Assembly: GCA_951406725.2 (NCBI GenBank)
Contig: OX597834.1
Coordinates: forward strand, 45,570,001 to 45,634,000
Length of the DNA stretch: 64,000 nucleotides
DNA from: Octopus vulgaris
Taxonomy: Eukaryota
Direction of reading: 5' to 3'
Part shown: piece by piece, positions 27,530 to 42,000 of the stretch
Numbering within the stretch: position 1 is the stretch's first letter
Layout of the letters: the number at the start of each line of letters is the position of its first letter
Program-made: the position numbers and the translations under genes
Notes under the pieces: generated by a model
Seen by the model: only the letters and a program-made list of their open reading frames with translations
What the model was told of the DNA's origin: nothing
Databases searched by the model: none

Positions 27530-28844
27530 ACCGCTGCACTAATTTGATGATGTCAGGACGAATCTAAGTATATTTCTTGATTCAGTTTTCGTTACCAAAA
27601 GACCAACGTAAACACATTGTTTACTTTCACATACTAGTTTTTCTTATTAAATAATAACAATTTACGAGACAATTTTGAAATGGTAATGAACCATAATCTT
27701 ATTTAGTGATTTTGTGCATGTTGTGAGTCCGAGAGCTTAATCCAAATTTAGCTGAAAACTTAATCCCTGTGTGTGTTTTTTAGACATTATGAATATCTAT
27801 AATTCAATGACTCTCCCTTGTATGCAGCAGAGGTGATGTTTTTCTCTCATGAACGTCTAACAAACCCAGAAGCTAATCAGATTTATGAAACGCTGTGCCC
27901 ATTTAAATGAGATGAAAATACTGCGTAACAATTTTACATCATTCTGACGGCGAGACTACGATTTCTGGTTATTAATAAGTTATTACTTAAATGTCAAATA
28001 CATTTACACATATATAACTGTAAATATGCAAATGTGAAAGTATGTTTGTTTGTTTGTATGCATGTATGTATATATGGACGTTCGTATGCATGTATATCAG
28101 TACGTTCTTGTGTGTGTATGTATGCTTATATATATGTATGCATGAAGGAGTGACTCACTTCCTGAGATTTTTAATACAAATATATGTATAGCGATAAAAC
28201 AGAAAAATATGTGTGTATATGCACATACACACACACACACACACACACGCACACACATCAGCTTTTTCTCTTCCTCTCCCTCTTTCTGTCACTCGTCCAC
28301 CACATCGCTGTTTATATATATGTATGTCTGTGAGTCTGTCCATAATATCAACGGTCCACATATCGTATATATGGATGGAGAGGTAAGTGTAGTTACCGTT
28401 ATATGAACGCATATATTTCTATGTGTTCGCCACACCCACACAAACAGGGAAAACAAAGAATTGGTAAGTTATTTGTGAGAGAAAAGCCTGAATTGCAAAT
28501 TAAGTTTACATGATGTCTTATAGAATTCTTTGACTCCGATACCAATATTAATCATAATAAGATTTCCACAGAAGTTGGCATTCTAAGAGAATATATTTCT
28601 GCTATTGCCGAAAATTAATCAAATTCTTTTTAGTTGAACTATGGTGTATATCGAAGGCGGCGTGTATAGGGTCATGCAACAGTTAACGGAAAAGTTTCTG
28701 CTACATAAACCATCGGAGGTCACTTAAAATTTGTTTCCCATCAAGTTAAAACCTTTGGATTCTTAAATGGTTCAGAGTAACTTCATTGTAAGAATTTAGC
28801 ATCATTTTGTTTTATTTCGAACGGGTAATTATTCTAATAAACAC

Positions 28845-29005
28845 ACATGCTGGTTCTGCGGCTGTGTTCTGAAAATTTTGCTTCCCGACCAAGAGGTTCC
28901 GGGATCAGTACTACAGGGTGGAACCTTGAGCAAGTGCCTTTTCCTGTACATTGTGACGAACAAAGCCTTGTAATTGGATTTTATAGAGGAAAATTGAAAG
29001 AACAT
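28845..29005 (+). mobile_element. Decayed OR-like CORE-SINE head
   Basis: ggctgtgt..ggttccggg..accttgagcaagtg..aaagccttgt..ggattt. Confidence 0.6.
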
Positions 29006-29289
29006 CTCTGTTCAAGAGAGAAGCAGTATACGAACCAAAAATTCTTGTGTGTGGCCATCTTAAAGTGGCTGACTTCTAAGAGACGATGATGCTGCCATTT
29101 ATCCCGAGGAAGAGCATCTCCTCCAGCCAGTTTATTCGGTGTGCTTCTCGCTCTGAATATTTATGGCAAGAGGGAGATAACCCCTGCCACCCTAGTTCTG
29201 CGAACACCAGACCACGAGGTTCCGATCTGTATTGGATCTTCCACGCCGTTAATTAGAAGACAGCCATATTAAAACATGCATATACATAC

Positions 29290-29320
<31 letters not shown>

Positions 29321-29354
29321 TGTATGTATGTATGTATGTATGTATATATGTATG

Positions 29355-29391
<37 letters not shown>

Positions 29392-29461
29392 CAATAATAG
29401 TAAGGAGTAAATGCAAACTTACAGGGAAAATTTAGATTTAGGATTAATTTTAATTTTACAG

Positions 29462-29498
<37 letters not shown>

Positions 29499-30339
29499 TT
29501 AGATATAATTTAATATATATATATATTAATATTTATCGCCAAGCTAACATGGCAGTCCAGAAAAACAGAACGAATGCTGTCGTTGATTAGCTCCAAGTGG
29601 CCATTGCCTCTAGCTAGCTATGTGACTTTAATCCTTTCGGAGTAGATTAAATAAGTACCAGTTACCCACAGTTAAGTCGATTTGAACCCTAGCGAGAAGA
29701 TAACATTGAAATTGAAATTCGGATTGTACACTTCCTCGGCAGGTTTTCGAGGTTTAATTCTTCATCCGCAATAATTTAAAGGTATGTTACAGTTAATTTA
29801 TTTTCATAACATAATTTTCTGTTAATAAGCGTTTTTCTCGCAACAATTTTAAAGGTATGTTAAAGATAATTTGTTTTGGTAACATATTTTCTGGTAGTGA
29901 ATGATTTTCTCTTTCACAAACACTCAACAATTTTGATTTCGAAGTATTTAAAAATTATTTGGAAATTATAAAGACAGACGAATGGCATAATCGGACAGTC
30001 CATATTTTAAAGCCAAGAATGGAAACAAAATCGAGAAGCTGTGGAAGGATTTTGAATTAGGGGGTGGAGGTGGGGGAATATTTTTTAAAATGTCTCTATT
30101 TGGATAATCTTATTAATTCCATTATGTAGATGACAGTATCGAAATAATTTTGCGATAATTCTTTAAAATAAAAGAAGTTCTGAGGGGTTCAGTACATGCT
30201 TTGATCAGAACATCACCGACATTTTTTCTATTTTGTAAGTCGTATTTAAAATCCTGATCTTCGATATAAACGTAAAAGGAAAGGTTTTTTCAGAGATCCT
30301 GTCATTTGGCTGTTGTTTCTAGCATGTCGTAGCTGACAT

Positions 30340-31085
30340 TTGCACCCTCACTCCACCCAACTCTTTTTCCCAATATTTCTTGGGGTTCCAATTTTTTTTT
30401 ATACAGGGGATTAGGATTTTGACCAAATAATGTTTTCAAAATTTTAATTTCTCCCTTCCCATCCTAATATTTTAAATTCTTAACTTTTTACGCAATTTCT
30501 TTATCTAATCCACGTAGAAAAATGCAGAGATTATGAATTCTAAAGTAACATTCAAATCCCCTTCCCCAACCTCAATCCTTCATCTCCCCACATTCAAAAA
30601 GCTAAAACTCCGAATGTTTCACTTTTAGCTTTTTTGAAACAGGGGAAGTTTTTCTCAGAAATAATGAAGTTTGGTTGTTGTTTCTAGCATGTCGGGTCTC
30701 CTGGTGGTGGTCTGATATTTTTGACTTCTGCTATTTCAATAGAATTCTACGCACGCGTGAGACATCAGACCGAAGTGAAACATTCAGAGTTTTTAGCTTT
30801 TTGAAAGCGAGGGGAGGATGGGTGGTCGAGGATGGGAAGGAGCATTGAGTGTTTCTCTTGGAAAAATTAAAAATTAAGAAACATTCCCAGATTCTTAATC
30901 TCTAATTTTCTATGCGGATTAAAAAAAAAATCGAAAACACTTTAAAATTAAGAAACTGAGGTGGGGAGAGGGAAAAATTAAACTTTGAAAACCTGATTTG
31001 GGGGTAAAATTGTATTCTCCTATGTCGAAAACAGAGAAGACCGAAGAAATGTTGGAAAAATAAATAAGCGGAAGTGGGTGGTGCA
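30340..31085. repeat. Diverged long inverted repeat (arms about 285-310 bp), probably a non-autonomous DNA element
   Basis: tcaaaaagctaaaactccgaatgtttcact (about 30594) pairs with agtgaaacattcagagtttttagctttttga (about 30774); several further blocks pair in order. Confidence 0.7.
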
Positions 31086-31428
31086 AAAAGTGTACCAACA
31101 ATTGTGCCCCCAAACCATGGTTTTTGGTCACTTTCCGTTGACAAATAGGGTTTGTCAACGTTATGAGTGCATTACAAACGCACTCATAACCCGCCTCGTT
31201 CATCACTATATTTTAGCCACCAAAAACATTAAAATTTGCAACGTAGATTAGAAGCAAAGCAGAATATTGACCGAAAATGACCTCAAAATTGTCCGACCTG
31301 ACCTCGTTTGCAATTTTATTTTCATAGTAAAACGCACATTTTATTTCGTAGCCGAAAGATAACTCGACCTTTTCATACCAAAGTCAAAATTGGCAACTCG
31401 GATTTCGAATCCATAAGGAACATACGTG

Positions 31429-31522
<94 letters not shown>

Positions 31523-31664
31523 GGGTGCATAACCAGCGCATACACGCGTACACGCACGTTTTCATGCACAAACCCACTCACAAACTCACGCACATACACA
31601 CATATGCAATGGGATTTCTTTCTGCTTCCGTCTACGAAATCCACTCCCATATATATATATATAT

Positions 31665-32767
31665 ATTGGGAAATTACTATCTCCAGATGAGAAGGAACTT
31701 TTTTGAAGCTGCTGCTTTCGCTGCCATTTTGATCTTACGCGTTGCCCTATTAATACTCTTGTGTTGTGATGCTTTGAAACTTACTTGAAGTACATCCCAT
31801 AAAATGTAACCGAGAGAGTTGAGACCTGGGCTACTACTACGCCAGATTTCGTCCTCCACATTAAAAAACGGCACCTTCTCACCATAGAAGGTTTGTATTG
31901 CTTTTGATCCATGGCATGGTACAGAATCCTGGATAATCACCACACTGTCTAACCCAAACGTCTACTGCATATAAGGTAAGAGAGAGTTCTTCATGATGTC
32001 CAGATACTCCTTTGAACCGATCTTCAAACCAGAGTCAATGTAGTATGGATCCATAACACTTCCATCACTTGTCACTGCTCCAAATACCACCACAGGGGCA
32101 TGATGCTGAGCCTCCAGCATAGTGCGAGACGTCAGAATGGTTGTATGCACTCACTGGAGAATTTCTGCGATTCACCTCAGCGTCCACAGCGAATGTCTCA
32201 TCCACCAACACGTGAGATTTTCCTGTAACTTGATGTTGGATTAATGACAGAAGCTTCAGGACACCGTAGGTTCCCGATTGCTTTGGCATTGGCTGTAAGG
32301 AGGCGACAGCTTCGTCGAACATAGCTAGTCATGCCAGTGTTCTTGATTGCAGCTCTGATCACTGTAAAAAGGGAAACATTGCCTTTCCTTGCAACAATTC
32401 TCTGGATGTTGATGGGTCCGCTTCAATCGAACATTTGAGGCCAGCGAGAAACTTGGAATCACTCTGAGTCTTGTGATCTTTTCTATCAATCTTTCCCTCT
32501 TCTTTAAATTCTTTATACACACGACTGTTGCTTTTGCAAGTTTTGTCAACAATTTTATTAGCAGTGTCCGGTGCGAACCAAAGCAACACAGGCGGAACGA
32601 TTCTGTTGTTCTATAACTTTCTGTTGTCGAATCAGTTCCTTATTTACCTAAAATATAAAGAGGAGGATTAAATTCTCGGGCAAGCAAAGATTTATCAATA
32701 AATAAAATGTTAAACCCACTAAATCAACTGCTTAAAATTGGTCTCAATTTATCTGCGAGACCCTGTA
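31665..32767 (-). mobile_element. Near full-length decayed maT/DD37D-like transposon
   Basis: HVLVDETF, VVVFGAVTSDG, IIQDSVPCHGSK, WRSSSPGLNSLGYILW; 5' end TA-CAGGGTCTCGCAGATAAATT. Confidence 0.82.
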
Positions 32768-32782
32768 TATTTATATATATAT

Positions 32783-33272
32783 AGTTAAAGAAGGAAATAA
32801 TGTTGGAAAAAGAAGAGAAGTATATTTTAGAGAACTTTTAATCTTTTCCTTACAGTGAGTGATTTAAAATATAACCGTTTTCGATGTAACCATCATATTA
32901 AAAACTTTGAGCGCGAAATCAAAGAGAAAAATATTTAGGGGTTATTAGTTTGTACCCATGTTTTAGTTCTCAGTGAAATTTTACTATCGAGCCATTTTCT
33001 TATTTATGTTTTGTCTAAACCCAAACATACACAGACAAAACATATATAAGAGAATAACTCTGAAAAAAATACTTTCACTAAGTAAACCATGGGTACACAC
33101 CGTTAACCTCTAATTTTTTCTCTTTGAATTCTAAAACAATTCTTTTTTAATATTTAAAAAAGATGGATAGATGGAAAACGGTTCTATTGTTAGATACTGA
33201 CTTTAAAAAATATATTAAACATTCTCTAAAATATATTTCTGTGTCTTTTCCAAATTTATTCACATCTTTAAC
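32783..33272. mobile_element. Diverged palindromic fold-back element of about 490 bp next to (TA)n
   Basis: Paired blocks gttaaaga/tctttaac, tatattttagagaa/ttctctaaaatata, aaccgttttc/gaaaacggtt, tgtacccatg/catgggtaca, atgttttgtct/agacaaaacat. Confidence 0.8.
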
Positions 33273-33309
33273 CATAATTGTTTTTATTTATATGGACTCT
33301 TAACCCCTT

Positions 33310-33363
<54 letters not shown>

Positions 33364-33399
33364 TAATAAAATGTATAGTGTGTATACCTGGTGGCCTAC

Positions 33400-33645
33400 C
33401 GGTACAGCACGCTCACTATTACAAATGGTTAATGAGAGAGACGGAAGACGAAAGATACGAGAATATTTCTTAATCAGTACAATTGTTCCTTGCGCAGAAG
33501 AGAGACACGTCTGCAACGACGGATACTATTCAACTGGTTATCAAGTATTCCAGGGATCGATGCTTGAGTGGCCGAAACAATTGTAGTGATTAATGAAAAA
33601 TTCTCGCAACTTTCATCTTCCGTTTGTCTCATTAACCAAAATTAC
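33400..33645 (+). mobile_element. Probable Penelope-like 3' end (GIY-YIG C-terminus plus LTR with decayed hammerhead)
   Basis: RRKIREYFLISTIVP resembles the PLE endonuclease end; a hairpin is followed by GAA-ACAATTGT-A at 33574-33585; ends in (CA)n. Confidence 0.5.
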
Positions 33646-33651
33646 ACACAT

Positions 33652-33708
<57 letters not shown>

Positions 33709-34475
33709 TATGTATACATATATATGCATATATATACACATACAAACACATACACTTACACACACAGATAGGTAGAACGATAGGTATGTAAACAGATAGA
33801 TGAATACATAGAGATATGTTAGATTGGCATATACAACACAGTTAATATCAAAAATACTTTAACAGACACATTAATCGACTGCTTCATAGTAAATTTGATA
33901 ACACCTTTCAGAGCAATGAGAGGTGGATACTCTTAAACGGACTTCGAACGAAGCTTATATCAATCGTTGGTCGACTGCGGTAGTTTTACAATACATGTTT
34001 TAAAATCAAAGTGTGGATGTAGCCTGTAAGTGATAAGACCAGCTGCTAGAAACGGAAGCAAAATATCCTTGCAAAGCATTCTTTATCCTCTGCAAGAAAA
34101 AAAGACAAAGAAGAAACAGAGGACAAGTTAGTTGGGAAGAAAAATATCGATGAATGAAGTGGTACGGACTCAGCTGGAACAACGTTGGTCGTATTTGCAC
34201 TCATGCAGAGATGGAATACCAGAGCTAAGGAAATACACAAAGCGAAGACTCACATATACACTCACGTCCAATCGAACACACACACACGCTTGCATACTCG
34301 CACACACACACAAACACATACATACATATATATAAAAGTTTGTGTAAATTCATGGATATATATATACATAAATATATGCATATATATATACACACACATA
34401 AATATATGCATATAGGCATATACATTATGTAGATATACATGTATGTCTATTTATTTATTCAAAAGTATAAGTGTG

Positions 34476-34518
<43 letters not shown>

Positions 34519-34627
34519 CAGATGAATATGTGGGTATTCATATAAAATTATATACACTTATATATGTATATGTATGTATATATTTATATATACCGTTACA
34601 CAAACACACACGCGCACCCGCACATGT

Positions 34628-34676
<49 letters not shown>

Positions 34677-34789
34677 CACACACACACACAGAGAGACATA
34701 TATATATATATATATATATTCATATTAATGTATGTAAAGTCATAAAATTATACCCCCTCAGATATGAATATATATATATCCCACAAACA

Positions 34790-35060
34790 TACACGCAAAG
34801 ATTCATACATACATACATGCATACATACATACATGCATAAATACATACATACATATATGCATACATACATACATACATACATACATACATACATACATAA
34901 ATACAATCATACATTCATACATGCATGCATACATACATACATACATGCATACATACATACATACATACATAAATACATACATACATTCATACATACATAC
35001 ATACATAAATACATTCATACATTCATACATTCATACATGCATACATACATGAATGCATAG
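34790..35060. repeat. (CATA)n microsatellite
   Basis: Direct inspection. Confidence 0.95.
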
Positions 35061-35809
35061 ATGCATACGTAAGTCCATAAACTCACACCTCTATTTTCAG
35101 TTATTGAACTCTTACAAAATTTAATGATCGCTACGGAAATGTATTCCTGTAAAAGCGTTTAAACTTTCTCTTTTCCCAGCTCTCCCTTCCTCACTGCCTC
35201 TCACCCAATCTCTCCGCCATTTTCTCAATGACCCCCCCCCCCCCACTTTGTTTAACACTTACTCTCCCTCCCTCCCTCTCTCTTTCCGTCTCTCTTTCCG
35301 TCTCTTCTTCTGTCCCTCATTTCCTGTAGAACGCAAAGCCTATTCTGCGATTTTGGGCTCCGTGCCCTTATCCCGTAATTAAAACAAGCGATGTAACTTT
35401 TTCGGCAGAATTTCACTCTTGGTGGAGGTAGAAGTGATTCAATGGTTCTTTGTTCAATTGTTCACTATTAAAATTTCATGGTTTCTCATTAAACCAACAC
35501 TTACTTTTTCCCTAGCGCGACTAATCTATTTATATAAGATAAAAACCAATTGCACACACACATACACACACATGGACACATGCACATACACACAAATGCA
35601 CACACATGCATACATGAAAATGCACATAACACAAACACGCAAACACACACACATGCATATATGTGTATGTGTGTGTATATGTGTGTGTGTGTGTGCATAA
35701 GGATATATATACATATATTTATGTAAAGAAATATAAGTACATATATATACCCGAATATATGTTTGTGCATATAATATATATATATATATATCAATATCAA
35801 TATATATCA

Positions 35810-35884
<75 letters not shown>

Positions 35885-35908
35885 TATGTTTGTGCATATA
35901 ATATAATT

Positions 35909-35950
<42 letters not shown>

Positions 35951-36022
35951 TATCTAGATATAGATAGATAGATAGTTAGATAGACAGATAGACATATATA
36001 TACATAAGTGTATTATATATAT

Positions 36023-36069
<47 letters not shown>

Positions 36070-36359
36070 AATACATATGCATGCATATGTCTATATACAT
36101 ATATATATATATTATATACATGTACATACACACATACATACACACATATACATTCATTTGGACACATACATACATACACATAGATATATATGCATATTGT
36201 GACGTCTCCCGTGCAGAAGTAGAGAGCATTAAAAAGATAAATTATACATTTTAAATATTACTCTTCTCACACCAAATGCCAACGATGTGTACTGAGTCTT
36301 AATAAGTAACATTTCTGTATGGTTTCACTTGGCTTCTGGCCAATTCTAAATTTGATTCT

Positions 36360-36700
36360 GCGATATCTTTATTGTGTTGGAAATATTCTGTTAGTGAATG
36401 TACTAACAATGTTTCAAACGATTTAGAAAGAAAAATGGACAGAAGTAATATTCCTGATAAAGATATTGCGCTTGATAAAGGTCAGGAATAGCATATTATT
36501 CTTGGAGAAATGTCGGTAGACTACATCTGCTTTTAACGAAATATGACTAAATATCGGAAAAACTAAATGTTTGATCAGTAATACGTAATAATACAACGGC
36601 AATAACATTGCAGTAAATAGCCAATATATGTAAGAATATATATAAGAATTAATTTGAATCTAGTAAATGTTACATGTAATTCAATTTCCCTGAATTTGGG
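36360..36700 (+). mobile_element. Highly decayed LINE (RTE-like) RT fragment
   Basis: IFIVLEI, PDKDIAL (cf. YADDIAL) and LNIGKTKCL in the expected order, with stops. Confidence 0.4.
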
Positions 36701-37368
36701 AATTACTTTTGTTGTTTCTTTTCTTTTTGTGTTATGTATTCATTTGTTCTTTGCTAGGGTCAAGGACAGTGTTATTGAGGTTACTTATCATCAAAGGAAT
36801 TTAATGTGTCACGCTGCACCTTTTTAAAAGTGCATAATATAGTTTCACTGTCGTTTCTTCAAAAACTGTTCGGGTGGTTTGAAACAGATTTCAACTTTGA
36901 TTGCGTCAGAATTCGATCGCTGATCCCTTGGTTATAGTTTTTTGCGGGTGGATACAGTAAACTGTACGGTATGATTGCAAAGGGATTTCGTTATATTTTA
37001 GGGAAAGATTCGACTAATCAGACATGATTTTTTTTAAATATACAGGCCTACTTCGGCTCTCTTTTCTCAAAAAATGATGTGGTTGAATTTATATCCCACT
37101 CTCGCCTTTCTTAAAGTATACAAAACTACTTTGGTCGCCCTCCATCACAGCACAGGGAGTAGTGTATTATTTTAAAGAGATTTTCTTTAACTTTTATCGC
37201 TGCTAGGATCACGCACACAGAATCCCAGGCACTAAGACACATGCCAACATATGTACGTGTGTGTATTTTTGAGAGAGAGACAGTCCGTATAAAGGTAGAA
37301 CGGTAGCTAGCTACCTAGATAGACAGACAGACAGATAGATAGATAAATAGATAGATAGTTAGACAGAC

Positions 37369-37437
<69 letters not shown>

Positions 37438-37906
37438 TATATATAGATAGATAGATAGACAGATAGATATATAGATAAATAGATATTTATATTGTATAGA
37501 GGGCATTATTACACATAAATGCCACACGCTAGGAGGGACTCTTAAAGTCATAACTATCAAATATAAACAAATTGTACCGAATGCAATTCTCAAAACGAGT
37601 CATTTAAAAACAGAATTTAGCTCCATATCACCTGTGATTTCGCAATTAACGCATTATACACGTCCCTTGCTCATCAGTGAAGCGAATCCAAAATATATCA
37701 TAAATAAACAAAAACATCATACCAGGCGGACAACCGTCGCCGTCATTGTAGTATATGGAAATGTTTACCCATCATACATTTATGTAAATGGCGGGCTCTT
37801 TTGAATTGTGTGAACTGTGCGTATGAATGTGTGCGTTTGTGTGTGCGTGTGTGTTTGTGTGTGTGCATACTCACGTAGTTCAAGCTATGTGTGGTAATGT
37901 TGATAC

Positions 37907-37940
37907 TTAAAATATATGCATTTGGTATATATATGTTTGT

Positions 37941-38016
<76 letters not shown>

Positions 38017-38086
38017 TACATATTTTAAATTCGTATTAATATTATTCGGAGAAATATTAATACGAGCACTGAATTTAAAATATGTA

Positions 38087-38142
<56 letters not shown>

Positions 38143-38187
38143 ACACACACATATATATATATATATATACCAAACGCATATATTTAA
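37907..38187. repeat. Local inverted duplication with (GATA)n/(TATC)n arms
   Basis: aaatatatgcatttggtatata..(gata)n tacatattttaaattc-gtattaatatt mirrors aatattaatac..gaatttaaaatatgta (tatc)n ..tataccaaacgcatatattt. Confidence 0.85.
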
Positions 38188-39619
38188 CATGCGTACGTGT
38201 ATGCGTATGTGTGTGTGTATATATATATATACACACATACGCATATACGTACGCATGTATGCAGTTGTGTATCTGATTTATGAAATTATAACTGCATGCA
38301 TATGTGCACGTACGCGCATTCGTAATAAAGATAAAAACGAAATCCGTAGCTTATCTAATTATATCTAAAATATTCATTTCAATAATGCACGGATTTCACT
38401 AATTCTTTGATGCCTTTAATATCTTCATTCAATTTTCCAAAATTTCCTCCATAGTTTTGGAAGATAATTTGTCGTAACATATTCTTTGTGATATTCGCCA
38501 ACACAACTTTCCAAAATGGCCGCTGTCTTCGAGTGCTGTGTACCGAACCACATTACGTATTTATTCATAGAGTTAATATGCTTACTATTTCATACAGGCA
38601 TTAATTTTAGTTCGTATAAATTGATTTTTCGTTTTCTGCACTTTCTCTTACGCCACCTTTCTCACATTCATTCTGTCGTTATCACTCTTTCTCCTCTCAC
38701 TCTCCTCTCTCTCTCTCTCTCTCATTCGGTGGCTGTATTTTTCTCTCTGTCTTTGCTCTTCAAAATGTTACCTTTTATTCTTTCGTTTTGTTTTGTTTCT
38801 TTTCTTTCTCTCTCCAACAACACTTCATCTGTTTCTATGTCTCCATCATCCACCTGATATAACTATGACTTTGCGTGTGTGCCTGTGTGTGAACGTGTGT
38901 GTATGTGCGTGTGTGTGTTTGTGTGCGTGTGTATATACATACACATGTATAGACGGACAGAATGCTAGACAGGTGAATCACTGTTATTCAATCCACATAA
39001 TTATATAAGTTGGATTGTGTCTATGTGTGTGTTTGCAACCCTTTATCCATCCCCCTTTACCCACTTCTCGGTTTAACTATTCATCTGGCTCTCTTTCACC
39101 TGTCCCTCCTTCTATATACCTATCAATCAATCAGTCTATCAATATTTCTATATAGCAATTTATCATTTATCTGTCCGTCCATCTATCTAGCTGTTTATTA
39201 ATGTATTCATGCGTCAGTCTGTATGTATGCCAGTCTGTTTATGAAGGTATCAACCTTGATTATATCTATCTGTGCAAGCATCTGACTGAACATATCCATT
39301 TTTGCCAAGTGAGAATTCTTGTCTCACCGTACCAAAATAGGCAGCGACAGCATAGTCAGTTCTATTGCTAGAATCATTCGCTAATATTCTCCTTTACATC
39401 TGAATCACATTTTGCTGTGGATGGAAATGACAGAAGTATTTTCGTCTCAGACACTTCCAGGAATACAAAATGATGCTGAAGTATCTTTACTCTTGGGTCT
39501 ACCTAATCTGAGCAGAGATGCAGCTAAGCTGCAATATCTTCGTATACCACAAAAAAAAATGAATATAGGTCAGTTGTAAATCGAAGGTTTTAGATGTGAG
39601 TGCCAAGAGGTTTGACTAA

Positions 39620-40130
39620 ATTGGCTTCAAATTTTGGCACAAGGCCAGCAAGGTCGGGGATGGGAGGTAAGGGTTCAAATGGTGTTTGTTTTATAGACCC
39701 TGAAAGGATAACAGATCGACCTCGGCAGAATTTCAACACAGACCACTAAGATGGACGAAATACCGCTAAACACTATGCTCGGCTCGCTAACGATTCTGCC
39801 ACCTCACAGCCTTCTATTGCCAGAAATATTAGCCAAAATATCTCTTAACCCTCAAATACATCCTACTATAGATAACAACGCCAAATGCATTTTGCTCCCC
39901 AGTACTTCCACAGATACCTCTACGAACAGGAAATAGGTTTCGAGTAACTTTAATTTTTGTCGTCCCTACACTGGGCGGATTAAGTCGATTACTTCTGCTC
40001 CAGTACTCAAATAGCACTTGATTTATCGACGCCGAAAGTACAAAATGCAAAATCTAGCTCGGCGGATTTTGAGATCAGAACACTTGATTTTGCCCAGCGC
40101 GCTAACGATTCTGCCAGCTCGCCGCCTTAG
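39620..40130 (-). mobile_element. Two family-2 SINE copies (39620-39812 and 39975-40130)
   Basis: tcgacctcggcagaattt..gctaacgattctgcca; ctcggcggattttga..gctaacgattctgccagctcgccgcctt. Confidence 0.75.
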
Positions 40131-40764
40131 CGGATTGAATAAGTTAATAACTAAACTATCTGCTATGGATTCGATCGAGGAAAGTGGTGAATATATTGTT
40201 ATTGCTCTGTGTGCAGAATTACAACTGAAGAGATAACAAATATTTCCCTTTCATCTTTTCTCAGAAGCATGACTGGAACGCGGAACGTAGATCCTTCACT
40301 TTCCACTTAATTTAGAGTTTGTTCGTACGAATCGGATTCCGGATTTTAACCTGCTTCAGACTGGATAGAATCGAAAATATTGGGCTAAAAATTCTTCAGG
40401 TCAGATCTCTTATTTTTCATTTGGCGGTTCTCAACATAAAACCTGACGTTACACTTTATTCTATATCATTGCACAGTTCTCTCATGTCTTCACAATAAAT
40501 GAGAGGTGGGGGTTAACTGGGGGAGAAATTTCTATAGATCTTACTATACATGTCTTGCATTGCTGTTGTTGCGTTTGATGTTTACTCATCGAAGTCATCC
40601 ATGATGCAACGGGCTTATGATCAAAGGCGTGTACAATGCGCTGGAAACATCTCATCTGTTATATCTATGTATCCATCTGTTTATCTATCAAATAGGTACT
40701 TATGTATATATTATTCTATGTGTTTATATCTTTATCTGTCTATCTATCTACCTATCAATCAGTC

Positions 40765-40807
<43 letters not shown>

Positions 40808-40834
40808 TATAAAGAAATATCTATATATATATAT

Positions 40835-41063
<229 letters not shown>

Positions 41064-41702
41064 CATTTTCTTTTTAGCTGTTTACCTACAAATCTATCTT
41101 CTTAAGAACACTTTATTGTGTCTATGTATCAACCTTTGAATCTATCATGAACATACTAAACACCGAGAACCCGCACTTATAACACTTTCCACCTTCCTTG
41201 ATATTTACCCCATGAATTACGTGAATTATTATGTTTAGCACACAGAAGCAAAAACATTGTTTATTGTTTCAAACCACGAAAGAAAAGAATACGAAAGAAA
41301 AAGAAGATAGTTAATATCAATTTCTTTTTTCCGTTTTTTTAAACTGTAACTGAGAAGACACACACAAGGCATTCACTACAGCGTCTGAAAGAACCCTTTC
41401 ACTGGTAAATCGCGTGTTAACAAAATACATCGTCTAAAATGAGACAATGTTCTCCGATGATGAAGCCACCATGATGTATTAATATTAAATATATGACTCT
41501 TTGTTTTCATATATTCGCTGCTCTGCGAGTACCACTTGAATGACTAATTCTCTGGTATATCATATTTTATCAGCACCACTATTTCCCGTACAATACACGT
41601 GACATACTTTAACAAGTGTGAAATTTCTATTAACGAGAAACGCCTCATGAAGTTCGACTCATTGCTGGAGAAGGATATTGATAACAGGTCACTGGAAACA
41701 TA

Positions 41703-41798
<96 letters not shown>

Positions 41799-42000
41799 TA
41801 TGTATGTACATACACATATACATGTAATGTAAATGAGAAACAAAGATGTGTGTCAGTTCATTACAGCTGTTTTGAGTGACTTCTGTAATTGACCGATGAT
41901 AGCATTACATATTTATAAAGGAAACACTTCTGAACAGATGGCAGCTTAGGCCTCAAGCACAACGGACAAGTTGGATATTCAAGTCATATATATATGTATT

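Noticed and set aside
33905-34089. Minus-strand exon after a strong acceptor, with a cyclic-peptide-like ECFARIFCFRF
   Set aside because: All frames stop early, the donor is weak, and the body resembles the common tttggctgctgtttctagca repeat seen at 30305 and 30670
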